NCBI RefSeq assembly: GCF_013823965.1 | Contig: NZ_PNNA01000005.1 | Span: forward strand, 5,419-69,418 | Length of the DNA stretch: 64,000 nucleotides | Source of the DNA: Flavobacterium sp. | GTDB taxonomy: Bacteria; Bacteroidota; Bacteroidia; Flavobacteriales; Flavobacteriaceae | Reading direction: 5' to 3' | Shown: in pieces, positions 40,216 to 49,808 of the stretch | Numbering within the stretch: position 1 is the stretch's first letter | How the letters are laid out: the number at the start of each line of letters is the position of its first letter | Made by a program: the position numbers and the translations under genes | The notes under the pieces: model-generated | Database searches by the model: none | What the model was told of the DNA's origin: nothing | Seen by the model: only the letters and a program-made list of their open reading frames with translations

Positions 40216-40818
40216 ATGAAAACAATTCAAACCTTGGTTTTTTTGATGCTGTTAAATTTTGGCTTTGGCCAAGAAAAATTCGATAGCGCTGCCGTTGAGA
40301 AATTTCAAAAAGAATTAAATACCGAATATGCCGATGCCAAAACCAGTCCGCTGACCGCCGAGGATTTGGCAGTTTTCAAAACATTGGAGTTCTATCCCAT
40401 AAACGAAAAGTTCTTTGTAACAGCCAAATTCGTTAGAACCGAAAGCGAAAAACCGTTCGAAATGAAAACCTCGACCGATAGAAAACCCTTGTATGTAAAA
40501 TACGGCGAGGCCCATTTTGTGATTGATGGTTTGGACTACAAACTGAATTTATACAGAAACATCGAATTGTCGAAAAAAGAAGAATACAAAGACTATTTAT
40601 TTTTGCCTTTTTCAGATTTGACTTCGGGCAAGGAAAGTTACATTGGCGGAAAATATATCGACATGAAAATCCCAAAAGGAGAAACAATTGTTATTGATTT
40701 CAACACTTCCTACAATCCATATTGTGCTTACAATCCTAAATATTCTTGTCCCAAAGTCCCATTGGAAAACGATTTGAACATCGAAATTAAAGCAGGAGTC
40801 AAGAAATTCCACGACTGA
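40216..40818 (+). CDS. DUF1684 domain protein
   Basis: 200 aa with a signal peptide. KTSPLTAEDLAVFKTLEFYPINEKFFVTAKF matches the DUF1684 N-terminal pattern. Confidence 0.7.
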   Translation: MKTIQTLVFLMLLNFGFGQEKFDSAAVEKFQKELNTEYADAKTSPLTAEDLAVFKTLEFYPINEKFFVTAKFVRTESEKPFEMKTSTDRKPLYVKYGEAHFVIDGLDYKLNLYRNIELSKKEEYKDYLFLPFSDLTSGKESYIGGKYIDMKIPKGETIVIDFNTSYNPYCAYNPKYSCPKVPLENDLNIEIKAGVKKFHD

Positions 40819-41468
40819 TGAAATTCTTCAATTTGCATACGCATCAATTCACGAACCAACCGGACGTGTTGGAACTGGTCAATCAATATCCGCAGGAATT
40901 TGATGCCGCAATTCCGTTTTATTCCATCGGGATTCATCCGTTGTTTATAGACGAAAACCGATTGGACAAAGATTTTCAAGTGATGGAGCAGAAATTGGCT
41001 TTGCCGGAATGTTTGGCTCTTGGCGAATGTGGTTTGGATAAAAGAAGCGAAACTTCATTTGAAGTGCAACAGTTGGTTTTCGAAAAACAATTGATTTTGG
41101 CCGAAAAACACCAAAAACCGGTAGTGATTCATTGCGTTGCCGCTTTTCAAGAACTTATTGAAATCAAGAAAAGATTGAAAATCAAGGTTCCAATGATTGT
41201 TCACGGATTTTCAAAAAAAGTCGAACTTGCCAAGCAATTAATTGACAACGGATTTTATGTTTCGTTTGGAAAAAACTTGTTGCGAAACCCAGAATTGGAA
41301 TCGGTTTTTAAAAGTATTCAAAACGATAGATTCTTGTTGGAAACCGATATGGTTGAGGAAGGAATTCAAGAAGTATATGCTTTGGCAGCGAAATATAAAG
41401 GATTAGAATTAAGCGAATTACAGGAAATCGTGAATAAAAATTATAGTAAAGTTTTTTGTCAGAAATGA
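40818..41468 (+). CDS. TatD-family metal-dependent hydrolase
   Basis: 216 aa with HTH near the N-terminus, GECGLD and VIHCV motifs. The start overlaps the previous stop (TGATG). Confidence 0.85.
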   Translation: MKFFNLHTHQFTNQPDVLELVNQYPQEFDAAIPFYSIGIHPLFIDENRLDKDFQVMEQKLALPECLALGECGLDKRSETSFEVQQLVFEKQLILAEKHQKPVVIHCVAAFQELIEIKKRLKIKVPMIVHGFSKKVELAKQLIDNGFYVSFGKNLLRNPELESVFKSIQNDRFLLETDMVEEGIQEVYALAAKYKGLELSELQEIVNKNYSKVFCQK

Positions 41469-41586
41469 CAAAGTTGTACTGTTTTTGTTTTTAAAGTAAT
41501 GATTTAAAACGAATTGTTGGAATTTCAGAATCTCAGGAATCCTAAACAAAAAAAAACTAAACAATAAACAATAAACCCAAAAAGAA

Positions 41587-42300
41587 ATGGCAGAATGGAC
41601 AGAGAGAGCCGAGCTCTTATTTAAAGCAGAAGGATTAGACAAATTAAGAAACTCCAATGTTTTAGTCGTGGGATTGGGAGGAGTTGGTTCCTTTGCCGCC
41701 GAATTTTTGGCAAGAGCCGGAGTGGGAAAAATGACGATTGTCGATGGCGACATTGTAGATATTACCAACATCAACAGACAATTGCCTGCTTTGCATTCGA
41801 CAGTGGGACAACCCAAAGTGACCATCGTTGGCGACCGATTGATGGACATTAATCCAGAATTGAAATTGACTAGAATTCGCGAATTTTTATCACCGGAACG
41901 TGCCTTCGAAATTGTTTCGGAGGAGTTTGACTATGTTTTGGACTGTATTGACAGCATAACTCCAAAACTGAATTTAATCATTGCTGCCAAGCGAAAAAGA
42001 GTCAAAATTATTTCCTCGATGGGAGCTGGAGGAAAGATGGAAGCTTCCAAAGTGAAGGTTGCCGATATTAATAGCACTATAAATTGTTTCTTGGCAAAAA
42101 CCATTCGCCGTAGATTGAAAGAATTTAAAATTGACAAATTGAAAGTCGTATTTTCGTCGGAAATTCAAGATAATAGTAGTTTGAAAATGACTGATGGTTC
42201 CAATTTTAAAAAATCTTTTTACGGAACAAACAGTTATATGCCGGGATTATTTGGCTTGTATGCTGCTGAAACGGTGATTCGATATTTGCTAAAGAAATAG
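41587..42300 (+). CDS. tcdA: tRNA threonylcarbamoyladenosine dehydratase (ThiF/E1-like)
   Basis: 237 aa with nucleotide-binding loop VVGLGGVGSFAAEFLARAG and a DxDxxxxxNxNRQ context. Confidence 0.85.
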   Translation: MAEWTERAELLFKAEGLDKLRNSNVLVVGLGGVGSFAAEFLARAGVGKMTIVDGDIVDITNINRQLPALHSTVGQPKVTIVGDRLMDINPELKLTRIREFLSPERAFEIVSEEFDYVLDCIDSITPKLNLIIAAKRKRVKIISSMGAGGKMEASKVKVADINSTINCFLAKTIRRRLKEFKIDKLKVVFSSEIQDNSSLKMTDGSNFKKSFYGTNSYMPGLFGLYAAETVIRYLLKK

Positions 42301-42337
42301 TGGTCAGTGATCAGTGAACAGTGTTCAGTGTTCAGAG
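42301..42337. repeat. heptamer array (xxxCAGT)x5, left flank of the four-helix-bundle gene
   Basis: tggtcagtgatcagtgaacagtgttcagtgttcagag. Confidence 0.85.
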
Positions 42338-42386
42338 TATCAAAAAAGCAGTATTCATTGGAAAAAATAATCTAAAAAAACAATTT

Positions 42387-42755
42387 ATGAGATTTCAAGA
42401 CTTATTAGTCTATCAGAAATCATTTTCATTGGCAATGAGAATTTTTGAAATGACAAAATCATTTCCCAAGGAAGAAATGTATTCTTTGACTGACCAAATT
42501 AGGTGTTCTTCGAGAAGTGTTCCTGCTAATATTGCAGAGGCATATCGGAAAAGGGTTTATCCTAAAAATTTCCATAGTAAATTGACGGATTCGGATGCTG
42601 AAAATTCTGAGACTCAAGTTTGGCTTGAATTTTCATTCAAATGCAACTACATAAATGCAACTGTTTATAATGAATTGTTGAATGAAAGCAATGAAGTAGG
42701 AAAATTAATTAATTATATGATTCTAAATCCTCAAAAATTTGGAGTAACCATTTAA
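42387..42755 (+). CDS. four-helix-bundle protein (23S rRNA intervening-sequence protein family)
   Basis: 122 aa from the ATG at 42387, with family-typical MRFQDLLVYQKSF...QIRCSSRSVPANIAEAY...ENSETQVWLEF. The track start at 42321 is a GTG inside the repeat. Confidence 0.8.
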   Translation: MRFQDLLVYQKSFSLAMRIFEMTKSFPKEEMYSLTDQIRCSSRSVPANIAEAYRKRVYPKNFHSKLTDSDAENSETQVWLEFSFKCNYINATVYNELLNESNEVGKLINYMILNPQKFGVTI

Positions 42756-42870
42756 TAGTGTTCAGTATTCAGTATTCAGTATGTGTTACCACTAACCACT
42801 ACTAGTTTATTCCAACAATTGAACACTGAACACTGAACACTGAATACTGACCACTGAATAATAATCACTA
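42756..42870. repeat. heptamer arrays, right flank: direct (gttcagt attcagt attcagt), then inverted (gaacact x3, gaatact, gaccact ...)
   Basis: The two right-hand arrays are mutually inverted and could form a hairpin. The inverted array is also the reverse complement of the left-flank array at 42301-42337. Confidence 0.85.
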
Positions 42871-42873
42871 AAT

Positions 42874-43800
42874 ATGAACTACCTTAAACTAATTCGCTAC
42901 CAAAACCTTTTAATGCTGGCATTTTTGCAGTTTATTTTTAGATATGGTTTTCTCGGATTGCAAAATATTCCTTTGGCTTTGGCTGATTGGCAATTTGGTA
43001 TCTTGGTTTTGGCAACGGTTTTTATCGCTGCTGGAGGTTATATCGTCAACAATATTTTCGACGTGGAAACCGACACAGAAAACAAGCCAGAAAACGTCAT
43101 CGTGGGCAAGTTCATTTCCGAAACCAAAGCATATAATCTCTACATTGGTTTTACCGTTATTGGTGTGGTGATGGGATTTTATTTGTCGAATGTAATCAAC
43201 AAACCTAGTTTTGCAGCCATATTTATCATCATTGCGGCGACGCTTTATTTTTATGCGACGAGCTTGAAACAAAGCTTGCTTATTGGCAATTTTATCGTGG
43301 CTTTGTTGCTTTCGTTTAGCGTGATTATCATTGGGATTTTTGATCTGTATCCTGTAACTTTTGAGGAAAACAAGGCTGTTATGGGACTGCTTTTTGGCAT
43401 TCTTTTGGATTATGCCATTTTTGCTTTCATCATTAATTTTATCCGAGAGATTGTTAAAGATTTGCAGGACGTGAATGGCGATTTCAATCAGGGAATGAAT
43501 ACGTTGCCGATTGTTTTTGGAGTGAAACGAACTGCAAAACTGGTTTTTGTCTTGAGTTTCATTCCAATAATTTGCATTATTAATTACATCAATGTCAATT
43601 TGTTTTCGGCGGGATTGTTATATGCAACGCTATTCGGATTGATTTTTATATTGGCGCCATTATTATATTTTACAATTAAAATTGGGTCGGCGACAAAAAC
43701 GCAAGATTTTCATCATTTGAGTACCGTTTTAAAATGGATTTTGTTCTTCGGAATCCTTTCTATCGTGGTCATCAGTCTAAACATAAAATACAATGCTTAA
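42874..43800 (+). CDS. UbiA-family prenyltransferase
   Basis: 308 aa, polytopic, with Asp-rich motif NNIFDVETD and a second motif KDLQDVNGD. Confidence 0.85.
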   Translation: MNYLKLIRYQNLLMLAFLQFIFRYGFLGLQNIPLALADWQFGILVLATVFIAAGGYIVNNIFDVETDTENKPENVIVGKFISETKAYNLYIGFTVIGVVMGFYLSNVINKPSFAAIFIIIAATLYFYATSLKQSLLIGNFIVALLLSFSVIIIGIFDLYPVTFEENKAVMGLLFGILLDYAIFAFIINFIREIVKDLQDVNGDFNQGMNTLPIVFGVKRTAKLVFVLSFIPIICIINYINVNLFSAGLLYATLFGLIFILAPLLYFTIKIGSATKTQDFHHLSTVLKWILFFGILSIVVISLNIKYNA

Positions 43801-44377
43801 AAATAAATTACAAAAATACAAGCTGATTTTGGCTTCGGGTTCACCAAGACGCCAGCAATTCTTCAAGGATTTGGACCTGGATTTTGAAATCCGTTTGAAA
43901 GAAATCGAGGAAATTTTTCCACCGGAATTAAAAGCCGAAGAAATCACCAATTATTTGGCGGAATTGAAAGCCAACGCCTTTGAAGGCGAATTGAAAGCTA
44001 ATGAAATCCTCATCACCAGCGATACCATAGTTTGGCACAACAATAAAGCATTGGGCAAACCAAAAGATGCGCAAGACGCCTTTGAAATATTAAAATCATT
44101 GTCGAATGCGACTCATCAAGTAATTACCTCGGTTTGTTTTAAAACCCCTACAGATTCAACTTTGATTTACGAAGTGACCCAAGTCACTTTCAACGAATTG
44201 AGCGATGAAGCCATTCGATATTACATAGAAAACTACAAACCATTTGACAAAGCGGGAGCTTATGGCATCCAGGAATGGATTGGTTTTGTGGGTGTTTCAA
44301 AAATAGAAGGTTCTTATGCCAATGTGATGGGAATGCCAACCGATAAAGTTTACGAATATTTGAGTAATTTAGCATAA
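43793..44377 (+). CDS. maf: Maf-family nucleoside-triphosphate pyrophosphatase
   Basis: 194 aa with LASGSPRR, DT(I/V)V and GAYGIQ motifs. Confidence 0.9.
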   Translation: MLKNKLQKYKLILASGSPRRQQFFKDLDLDFEIRLKEIEEIFPPELKAEEITNYLAELKANAFEGELKANEILITSDTIVWHNNKALGKPKDAQDAFEILKSLSNATHQVITSVCFKTPTDSTLIYEVTQVTFNELSDEAIRYYIENYKPFDKAGAYGIQEWIGFVGVSKIEGSYANVMGMPTDKVYEYLSNLA

Positions 44378-44389
44378 AAACAAGAGGCT

Positions 44390-44920
44390 ATGGTATTTTT
44401 CAAAGATTATGCTCAAGAAATAATTGGCACCGGAATTCTATTGGTTTTGGTAATGTTGTCACGACTAATTGTTTCAAAATTGGTTAGAAGTTTTGCCAAA
44501 AGAAGCCAAACCATAGAAAAAAGAACCCGATTAGTGCTTAAATACATTCATTTGTTAATGAATATTATGGCTGTAATCGCTTTGATAATCATTTGGGGAG
44601 TCCAAACAAAAGATATTTTCATAGTGATTTCTTCCATTACCACAGTCGTTGGCGTGGCCATGTTTGCCCAATGGTCTATTTTGAGCAATATTACGTCAGG
44701 AATAATTTTGTTTTTTTCTTTTCCGTATAAAATTGGGGACTTTATTTTCATTCACGACAAAGATTTTCCCATTGAAGCCGAAATCGAGGATATTGGAGCT
44801 TTTCACGTGTATTTGAAAACCAAAAAAGGGGAAATAATAGTCTATCCCAATAATTTGATGTTGCAAATAGGAATAACAATTTTAAAACATCCTGAAGAGC
44901 AAATCGAGTTTACGGATTGA
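44390..44920 (+). CDS. small mechanosensitive-channel (MscS-like) family protein
   Basis: 176 aa with 3 TM segments, then a beta-domain pattern YKIGDFIFI...GEIIVYPNNLM. Confidence 0.65.
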   Translation: MVFFKDYAQEIIGTGILLVLVMLSRLIVSKLVRSFAKRSQTIEKRTRLVLKYIHLLMNIMAVIALIIIWGVQTKDIFIVISSITTVVGVAMFAQWSILSNITSGIILFFSFPYKIGDFIFIHDKDFPIEAEIEDIGAFHVYLKTKKGEIIVYPNNLMLQIGITILKHPEEQIEFTD

Positions 44921-45029
44921 TTTAAAGTGGCATCAAGTCGTTCCTTTTTCCCAAAGAAAATGTAAAATACTATCCAGAAATTCATTTAATTACTACATTT
45001 GGACTAATTGCCAATTAAATTCCAGAAAA

Positions 45030-47555
45030 ATGCAGAAAGTCTTGATTCAATCTCTTGTTATATTCCTTCTTTCTTTCCAAATAATAAAGGCACAACAACC
45101 CCAAAAACCAAACTCCGTAGAAATTTACAACCAAATCCAGAAATTGAATTTCTTGGGTTCCATACTTTATGTGGCAGCTCATCCCGATGATGAAAATACC
45201 CGATTGATTTCTTATTTTTCCAATGAAACCAATGCAAGAACGGCCTATTTATCCTTGACACGAGGCGATGGTGGACAAAATTTGATTGGACCACAATTGC
45301 GGGAATTACTGGGAGTTATCAGGACGCAGGAATTGATGGAAGCCCGAAAAATTGACGGTGGAGAACAATTTTTTACGCGTGCCAATGATTTTGGTTTCTC
45401 CAAAAATCCGGAAGAAACATTGGAAATTTGGAACAAGGAAAAAGTGCTTGCCGACATCATCTGGACCATCAGGAAATTTCAACCCGATGTCATCATCAAC
45501 CGTTTTGACCATCGAACGTCGGGAAACACGCACGGACATCATTCGGCATCGGCAATGTTGAGTGTGGAAAGTTTTGAAAAAGCCAGTAATCCCGCTGTTT
45601 TTCCAGAGCAATTGGGTTTGGTACAACCTTGGCAAACCAAACGCCAGTTTTTTAATCCATCGTGGTGGTTTTATGGAAGCAAGGAAAAATTTGCCGCCGC
45701 CGACAAATCTAATTTTGTCACAATCGAAACGGGTGTTTATTATCCATCTGTAGGGAAATCAAATCAGGAAATCTCGGCCTTGAGCCGCAGTTGCCATCAA
45801 TCGCAAGGTTTTGGTAGCACGGGAAGTCGGGGTGAGGATATCGAATATTTGGAACAAATAAACGGTGATGTTTTAAAAAATAAAGTTGATGTTTTTGAAG
45901 GAATAGACACTTCTTGGAATCGCGTGAAAGGAGGGAAATCCATTGGAGAATTACTTTCTAAAATAACTTCAGAATTTGATTTCAAAAATCCCTCGGCAAG
46001 TATTCCAGATTTGGTAAAAGCCTATTCGATGATGCAAGCTTTGGATGAAAATCATTGGAAACCCATCAAATCCGAAGAGATAAAAAATGTCATTGCGTCT
46101 TGTGCGGGATTGTATCTGGAGGCTCGTGCCAACATTCAAGAAATTACGCCGGCAAACAAACTATTGATCAGTGTCGAAGCGATAAACAGAAGTCCAATCG
46201 CCATACAATTGACAAGCTTGACCACTTTGCCGGATTCTAAAAATACTGTTCAAAATTTAGTGTTGAATAATAATGTTTTGCAAAACATAAATCTTGATTT
46301 GCAACTCCCTGCAACGATGGAATACACGCAACCGTTTTGGCTGAAAGAAGAAGGAACAGAAGGAATGTACACGGTTGCCGACCAGAAAAACATTGGAATT
46401 CCGGACATCATTCGAGAGGTGAAAGTGGTTTTCAATATGCAAATCAATGGGGTCAAAATTCCGTTTGAAAGAACCGTAATTTACAAACACAATGACAAGG
46501 TAAAAGGGGAAGTTTATAATTATTTAGACATAGTTCCCGACCTAACCACCAGTATTTTGGATAAAGTATCGCTTTTTGCAAACATCAAAAAGAAATACAT
46601 TGCCGTAAAAATCAAGGCAGGAAAAGATGCGGTGAAAGGCGATTTGCAACTCGAATTGCCTAAAAATTGGACTGTGGTTCCTAAATCGATACCTTTTAGT
46701 TTAGATCAAAAAGGAAAGGAACAAACAGTGTATTTTGAAGTGACTCCGCCAAATTCACAAGAGGAAGCCGTGGCCAAAAGTGTGGCCATTATCGATGGCA
46801 AACGATACGACAAGGAGCAAATCATCATCGATTTTGACCATATCACCAAACAACAAGTATTGCAACCGGCCGAAGCCAAGTTTATTCGACTGGATTTAAA
46901 AACAGAAGAGAAAAAAATTGCCTATATTATGGGAGCCGGCGATGAAGTACCCAATAGTTTGATGCAAATGGGATACAAAGTGACTTTGATCAATCCAGAA
47001 GAAATCACACCCGAAAAAATGGAGGGTTTTGATGTTGTGATGACCGGAATTAGGGCTTTTAACACAATCGAAGCATTGGCAAACAAACTAAATATTCTTT
47101 ATGATTTCGTGAAATCGGGAAAAACAATGATTGTACAATACAATACTCCCGATTTAGTATATCAAATTGCGCCTTTTTCCATGAATCTCTCCCAGGACAG
47201 GGTTACGGACGAAAATGCAGAAGTTCGATTTTTGGCACCGAATCATCCTGTTTTAAATTCGCCAAATAAAATTACTGCCAAAGATTTTCAAGGCTGGAAA
47301 CAGGAGCAAGGCTTGTATTATCCCAATTCATTTGACAAAGCATTCACGCCGATATTGTCATCCAATGACAAACGTGAAAGTCCCAAAGATGGCGCATTGT
47401 TGATTGCTCCCTACGGAAAAGGGCATTATATTTATACCGGATTGAGTTTTTTTAGGGAATTGCCGGAAGGCATTTCGGGAGCTTATAAATTATTGGCCAA
47501 CATGATATCCGTGAAATCGACAGTGACCATTCCCGCTGAAAAAGGCAAACTTTAA
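45030..47555 (+). CDS. PIG-L/LmbE-family deacetylase, large multidomain form
   Basis: 841 aa with a signal peptide, the LmbE zinc motif AAHPDDEN and a long C-terminal extension. Confidence 0.8.
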   Translation: MQKVLIQSLVIFLLSFQIIKAQQPQKPNSVEIYNQIQKLNFLGSILYVAAHPDDENTRLISYFSNETNARTAYLSLTRGDGGQNLIGPQLRELLGVIRTQELMEARKIDGGEQFFTRANDFGFSKNPEETLEIWNKEKVLADIIWTIRKFQPDVIINRFDHRTSGNTHGHHSASAMLSVESFEKASNPAVFPEQLGLVQPWQTKRQFFNPSWWFYGSKEKFAAADKSNFVTIETGVYYPSVGKSNQEISALSRSCHQSQGFGSTGSRGEDIEYLEQINGDVLKNKVDVFEGIDTSWNRVKGGKSIGELLSKITSEFDFKNPSASIPDLVKAYSMMQALDENHWKPIKSEEIKNVIASCAGLYLEARANIQEITPANKLLISVEAINRSPIAIQLTSLTTLPDSKNTVQNLVLNNNVLQNINLDLQLPATMEYTQPFWLKEEGTEGMYTVADQKNIGIPDIIREVKVVFNMQINGVKIPFERTVIYKHNDKVKGEVYNYLDIVPDLTTSILDKVSLFANIKKKYIAVKIKAGKDAVKGDLQLELPKNWTVVPKSIPFSLDQKGKEQTVYFEVTPPNSQEEAVAKSVAIIDGKRYDKEQIIIDFDHITKQQVLQPAEAKFIRLDLKTEEKKIAYIMGAGDEVPNSLMQMGYKVTLINPEEITPEKMEGFDVVMTGIRAFNTIEALANKLNILYDFVKSGKTMIVQYNTPDLVYQIAPFSMNLSQDRVTDENAEVRFLAPNHPVLNSPNKITAKDFQGWKQEQGLYYPNSFDKAFTPILSSNDKRESPKDGALLIAPYGKGHYIYTGLSFFRELPEGISGAYKLLANMISVKSTVTIPAEKGKL

Positions 47556-47568
47556 AAAGAATCAAATT

Positions 47569-47676
47569 ATGAAAAATAAAAAAGTGGATACTTGGAAAAA
47601 AAGTTACACCTGGGTTCTGGTGGCCAATGGTGTTTATATTTTGATTTTTTATTTTTTAATGAAATTATATTCCTAA
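47569..47676 (+). CDS. possible 35-aa single-TM peptide upstream of the symporter
   Basis: Hand-translated as MKNKKVDTWKKSYTWVLVANGVYILIFYFLMKLYS. The stop lies 4 nt before the symporter ATG. Confidence 0.35.
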   Translation: MKNKKVDTWKKSYTWVLVANGVYILIFYFLMKLYS

Positions 47677-47680
47677 AATT

Positions 47681-49402
47681 ATGCAATTATTCGATTGGAT
47701 TGTGCTTGTTGTGACCTTGCTGTTTATCGTAATTTACGGCGTATGGAAAACCAAGGGAAGCAAAAATGTGGAAGATTACATTTTGGGCAGCAACGAAACG
47801 CCTTGGTACACCGTGGGGCTTTCGGTTATGGCGACACAGGCCAGTGCGATTACTTTTCTGTCGACTCCGGGACAAGCTTATCATGACGGAATGGGCTTTT
47901 TGCAGTTCTATTTTGGACTGCCCATTGCCATGGTGGTTATTTGCTTGACTTTTATACCATTATACCACAAATACAAGGTGTTTACGGCTTATGAATACCT
48001 TGAAAAAAGATTTGATTTAAAAACCCGTTCGCTTGCCGCCATTTTGTTTTTGGTGCAAAGAGGTTTGGGAACAGGTTTGACCATTTATGCGCCAGCGATA
48101 ATTTTGTCGGCATTGTTGGGTTGGAATTTGACCGTGATGAACATCGTGATTGGTGTTCTGGTAATCATTTATACATTTTCGGGTGGAACCAAGGCTGTCA
48201 ATGTTACCCAAAAACAACAAATGTTCGTGATTATGTCCGGAATGTTTATCACTTTCTTTTTGATTTTGTATTATTTGCCTAACGACATGACCTTTACCAG
48301 TGCCTTGCATATTGCTGGTGCCAATGACAAAATGGATATCGTGGATTTTTCATTTGATCCGGAAGAAAAATATACTTTTTGGAGCGGAATTACCGGTGGA
48401 TTTTTTCTGGCCTTGGCTTATTTTGGTACCGACCAATCGCAGGTGGGACGCTATTTGTCGGGGAAGTCGGTTCGGGAAAGCCAAATGGGATTGATCATGA
48501 ACGGTATTCTCAAAGTACCGATGCAATTTTTTATTTTGCTTACCGGTGTCATGGTTTTTGTGTTCTTCCAATTCAATCCGGTTCCTTTGAATTTTAATCC
48601 AAACAACAAAGCAATAATAGAAAAATCTCCTTTCAAGAACGAATATCATTCCTTGGAAAAACAATTGGAAGCCCTTTCCGAAGACAAGAAAGTAATCAAT
48701 TTGTTATACATTGACCAGCTCAACCAAGATTATGACAACCCAATTCTTCGAAAAGAATTGGTTGGATTGTCCAGCAAGGAAAAGGATTTAAGGGATCGTG
48801 CCAAGGAAATCATTACGAAAGCCGATAGCCGTAGCGAAACAAATGACAAGGATTACGTGTTTTTTCACTTCATATTGCACTATTTGCCCAAGGGTTTGAT
48901 TGGCTTGTTGCTTGCGGTAATTATTTCGGCTGCGATGTCATCCACGGCTTCGGGATTGAATGCATTGGCATCGACCACGGCCATCGATATTTACAAGCGC
49001 AATGTAAAGGAAGAAAAATCGGAAAAGCATTATGTGAACGTGACCAAATTTTTCACGCTATTTTGGGGAATTGTCGCCATTCTTTTTGCCAGTATCGGAA
49101 CATTGTTCGAAAACTTGATTCAATTGGTCAACATCATCGGTTCTATTTTCTACGGAACGGTTTTGGGGATTTTCTTGGTAGGTTTTTATATAAAATACGT
49201 GCAGGCAAAAGCTATTTTTTATAGTGCGGTCATTAGCCAGGCCACCATTTTTATCATTTATTATTTTGCCATTTTCATCTATCCAAGTGGCGAAGAAAAA
49301 CTGGGTTATTTATGGCTCAATTTTATCGGGGCTTTGCTGACCATTGTATTGTCAATTATTGTGCAGGCCATTTTTAGAAATGAAAAAAGGAGTATTGCCT
49401 AA
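47681..49402 (+). CDS. sodium:solute symporter (SSF) family transporter
   Basis: 573 aa with about 13-14 TM segments and a typical SSF N-terminus and central loop. Confidence 0.9.
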   Translation: MQLFDWIVLVVTLLFIVIYGVWKTKGSKNVEDYILGSNETPWYTVGLSVMATQASAITFLSTPGQAYHDGMGFLQFYFGLPIAMVVICLTFIPLYHKYKVFTAYEYLEKRFDLKTRSLAAILFLVQRGLGTGLTIYAPAIILSALLGWNLTVMNIVIGVLVIIYTFSGGTKAVNVTQKQQMFVIMSGMFITFFLILYYLPNDMTFTSALHIAGANDKMDIVDFSFDPEEKYTFWSGITGGFFLALAYFGTDQSQVGRYLSGKSVRESQMGLIMNGILKVPMQFFILLTGVMVFVFFQFNPVPLNFNPNNKAIIEKSPFKNEYHSLEKQLEALSEDKKVINLLYIDQLNQDYDNPILRKELVGLSSKEKDLRDRAKEIITKADSRSETNDKDYVFFHFILHYLPKGLIGLLLAVIISAAMSSTASGLNALASTTAIDIYKRNVKEEKSEKHYVNVTKFFTLFWGIVAILFASIGTLFENLIQLVNIIGSIFYGTVLGIFLVGFYIKYVQAKAIFYSAVISQATIFIIYYFAIFIYPSGEEKLGYLWLNFIGALLTIVLSIIVQAIFRNEKRSIA

Positions 49403-49431
49403 ATATTTTTTTTTGGAATTTGAATATCATT

Positions 49432-49460
49432 AAACTGTCTTTTTTGAGACAGTTTTTTTG
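49432..49460 (+). terminator. rho-independent terminator of the symporter gene
   Basis: Stem actgtct/agacagt followed by a 7-nt T run. Confidence 0.8.
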
Positions 49461-49662
49461 TTTTAGAACTAACTTTCTTTAAATCATTTGATTAAAAAAA
49501 TTTTTCCACGCAAAGAGAAAACAGGACAAAATCATCTCTTTTTTGTAAATTTTATCTCATTAACAATTTATTTAAAAAAATGATTGTTATTTTCAAAAAC
49601 AGTGACTTCAAAAAAAATGTTTTTTGCCATTGAAATTTGAAGAAAAATCTTTTTAAAATAAT

Positions 49663-49677
49663 TTGATTAAGAATCAA
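49663..49677. promoter_or_regulatory. 15-bp palindrome TTGATT-aag-AATCAA upstream of moaA (candidate operator)
   Basis: Perfect 6-nt arms, centre about 139 nt upstream of the moaA ATG. Crp/Fnr-like half-sites but non-canonical spacing. Confidence 0.25.
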
Positions 49678-49808
49678 CGAAAATACTTGAAATACTATGC
49701 TTCTAATTGACTAATTTGAATATAATAGCTTAATTTTAAATCGAAATAGTTCGCGTACAAATGTTGCCAAGCCTCACAAATAGGCAAGAAAACAGAAAAA
49801 AAATAATT

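Noticed and set aside
49761-49808. Earlier ATG for moaA.
   Set aside because: The radical-SAM MoaA N-terminus (MLxDxFGRxxxYLRIS) begins at 49809, and the extra 16 residues have no counterpart. The earlier ATG is not excluded experimentally.
49403-49808. Looked for a Moco riboswitch in the moaA leader.
   Set aside because: I could not recognise the conserved GC-rich helices or internal loops of that motif. The leader is almost pure AT with only a small ttgcc/ggcaa hairpin. A covariance-model scan would be decisive.
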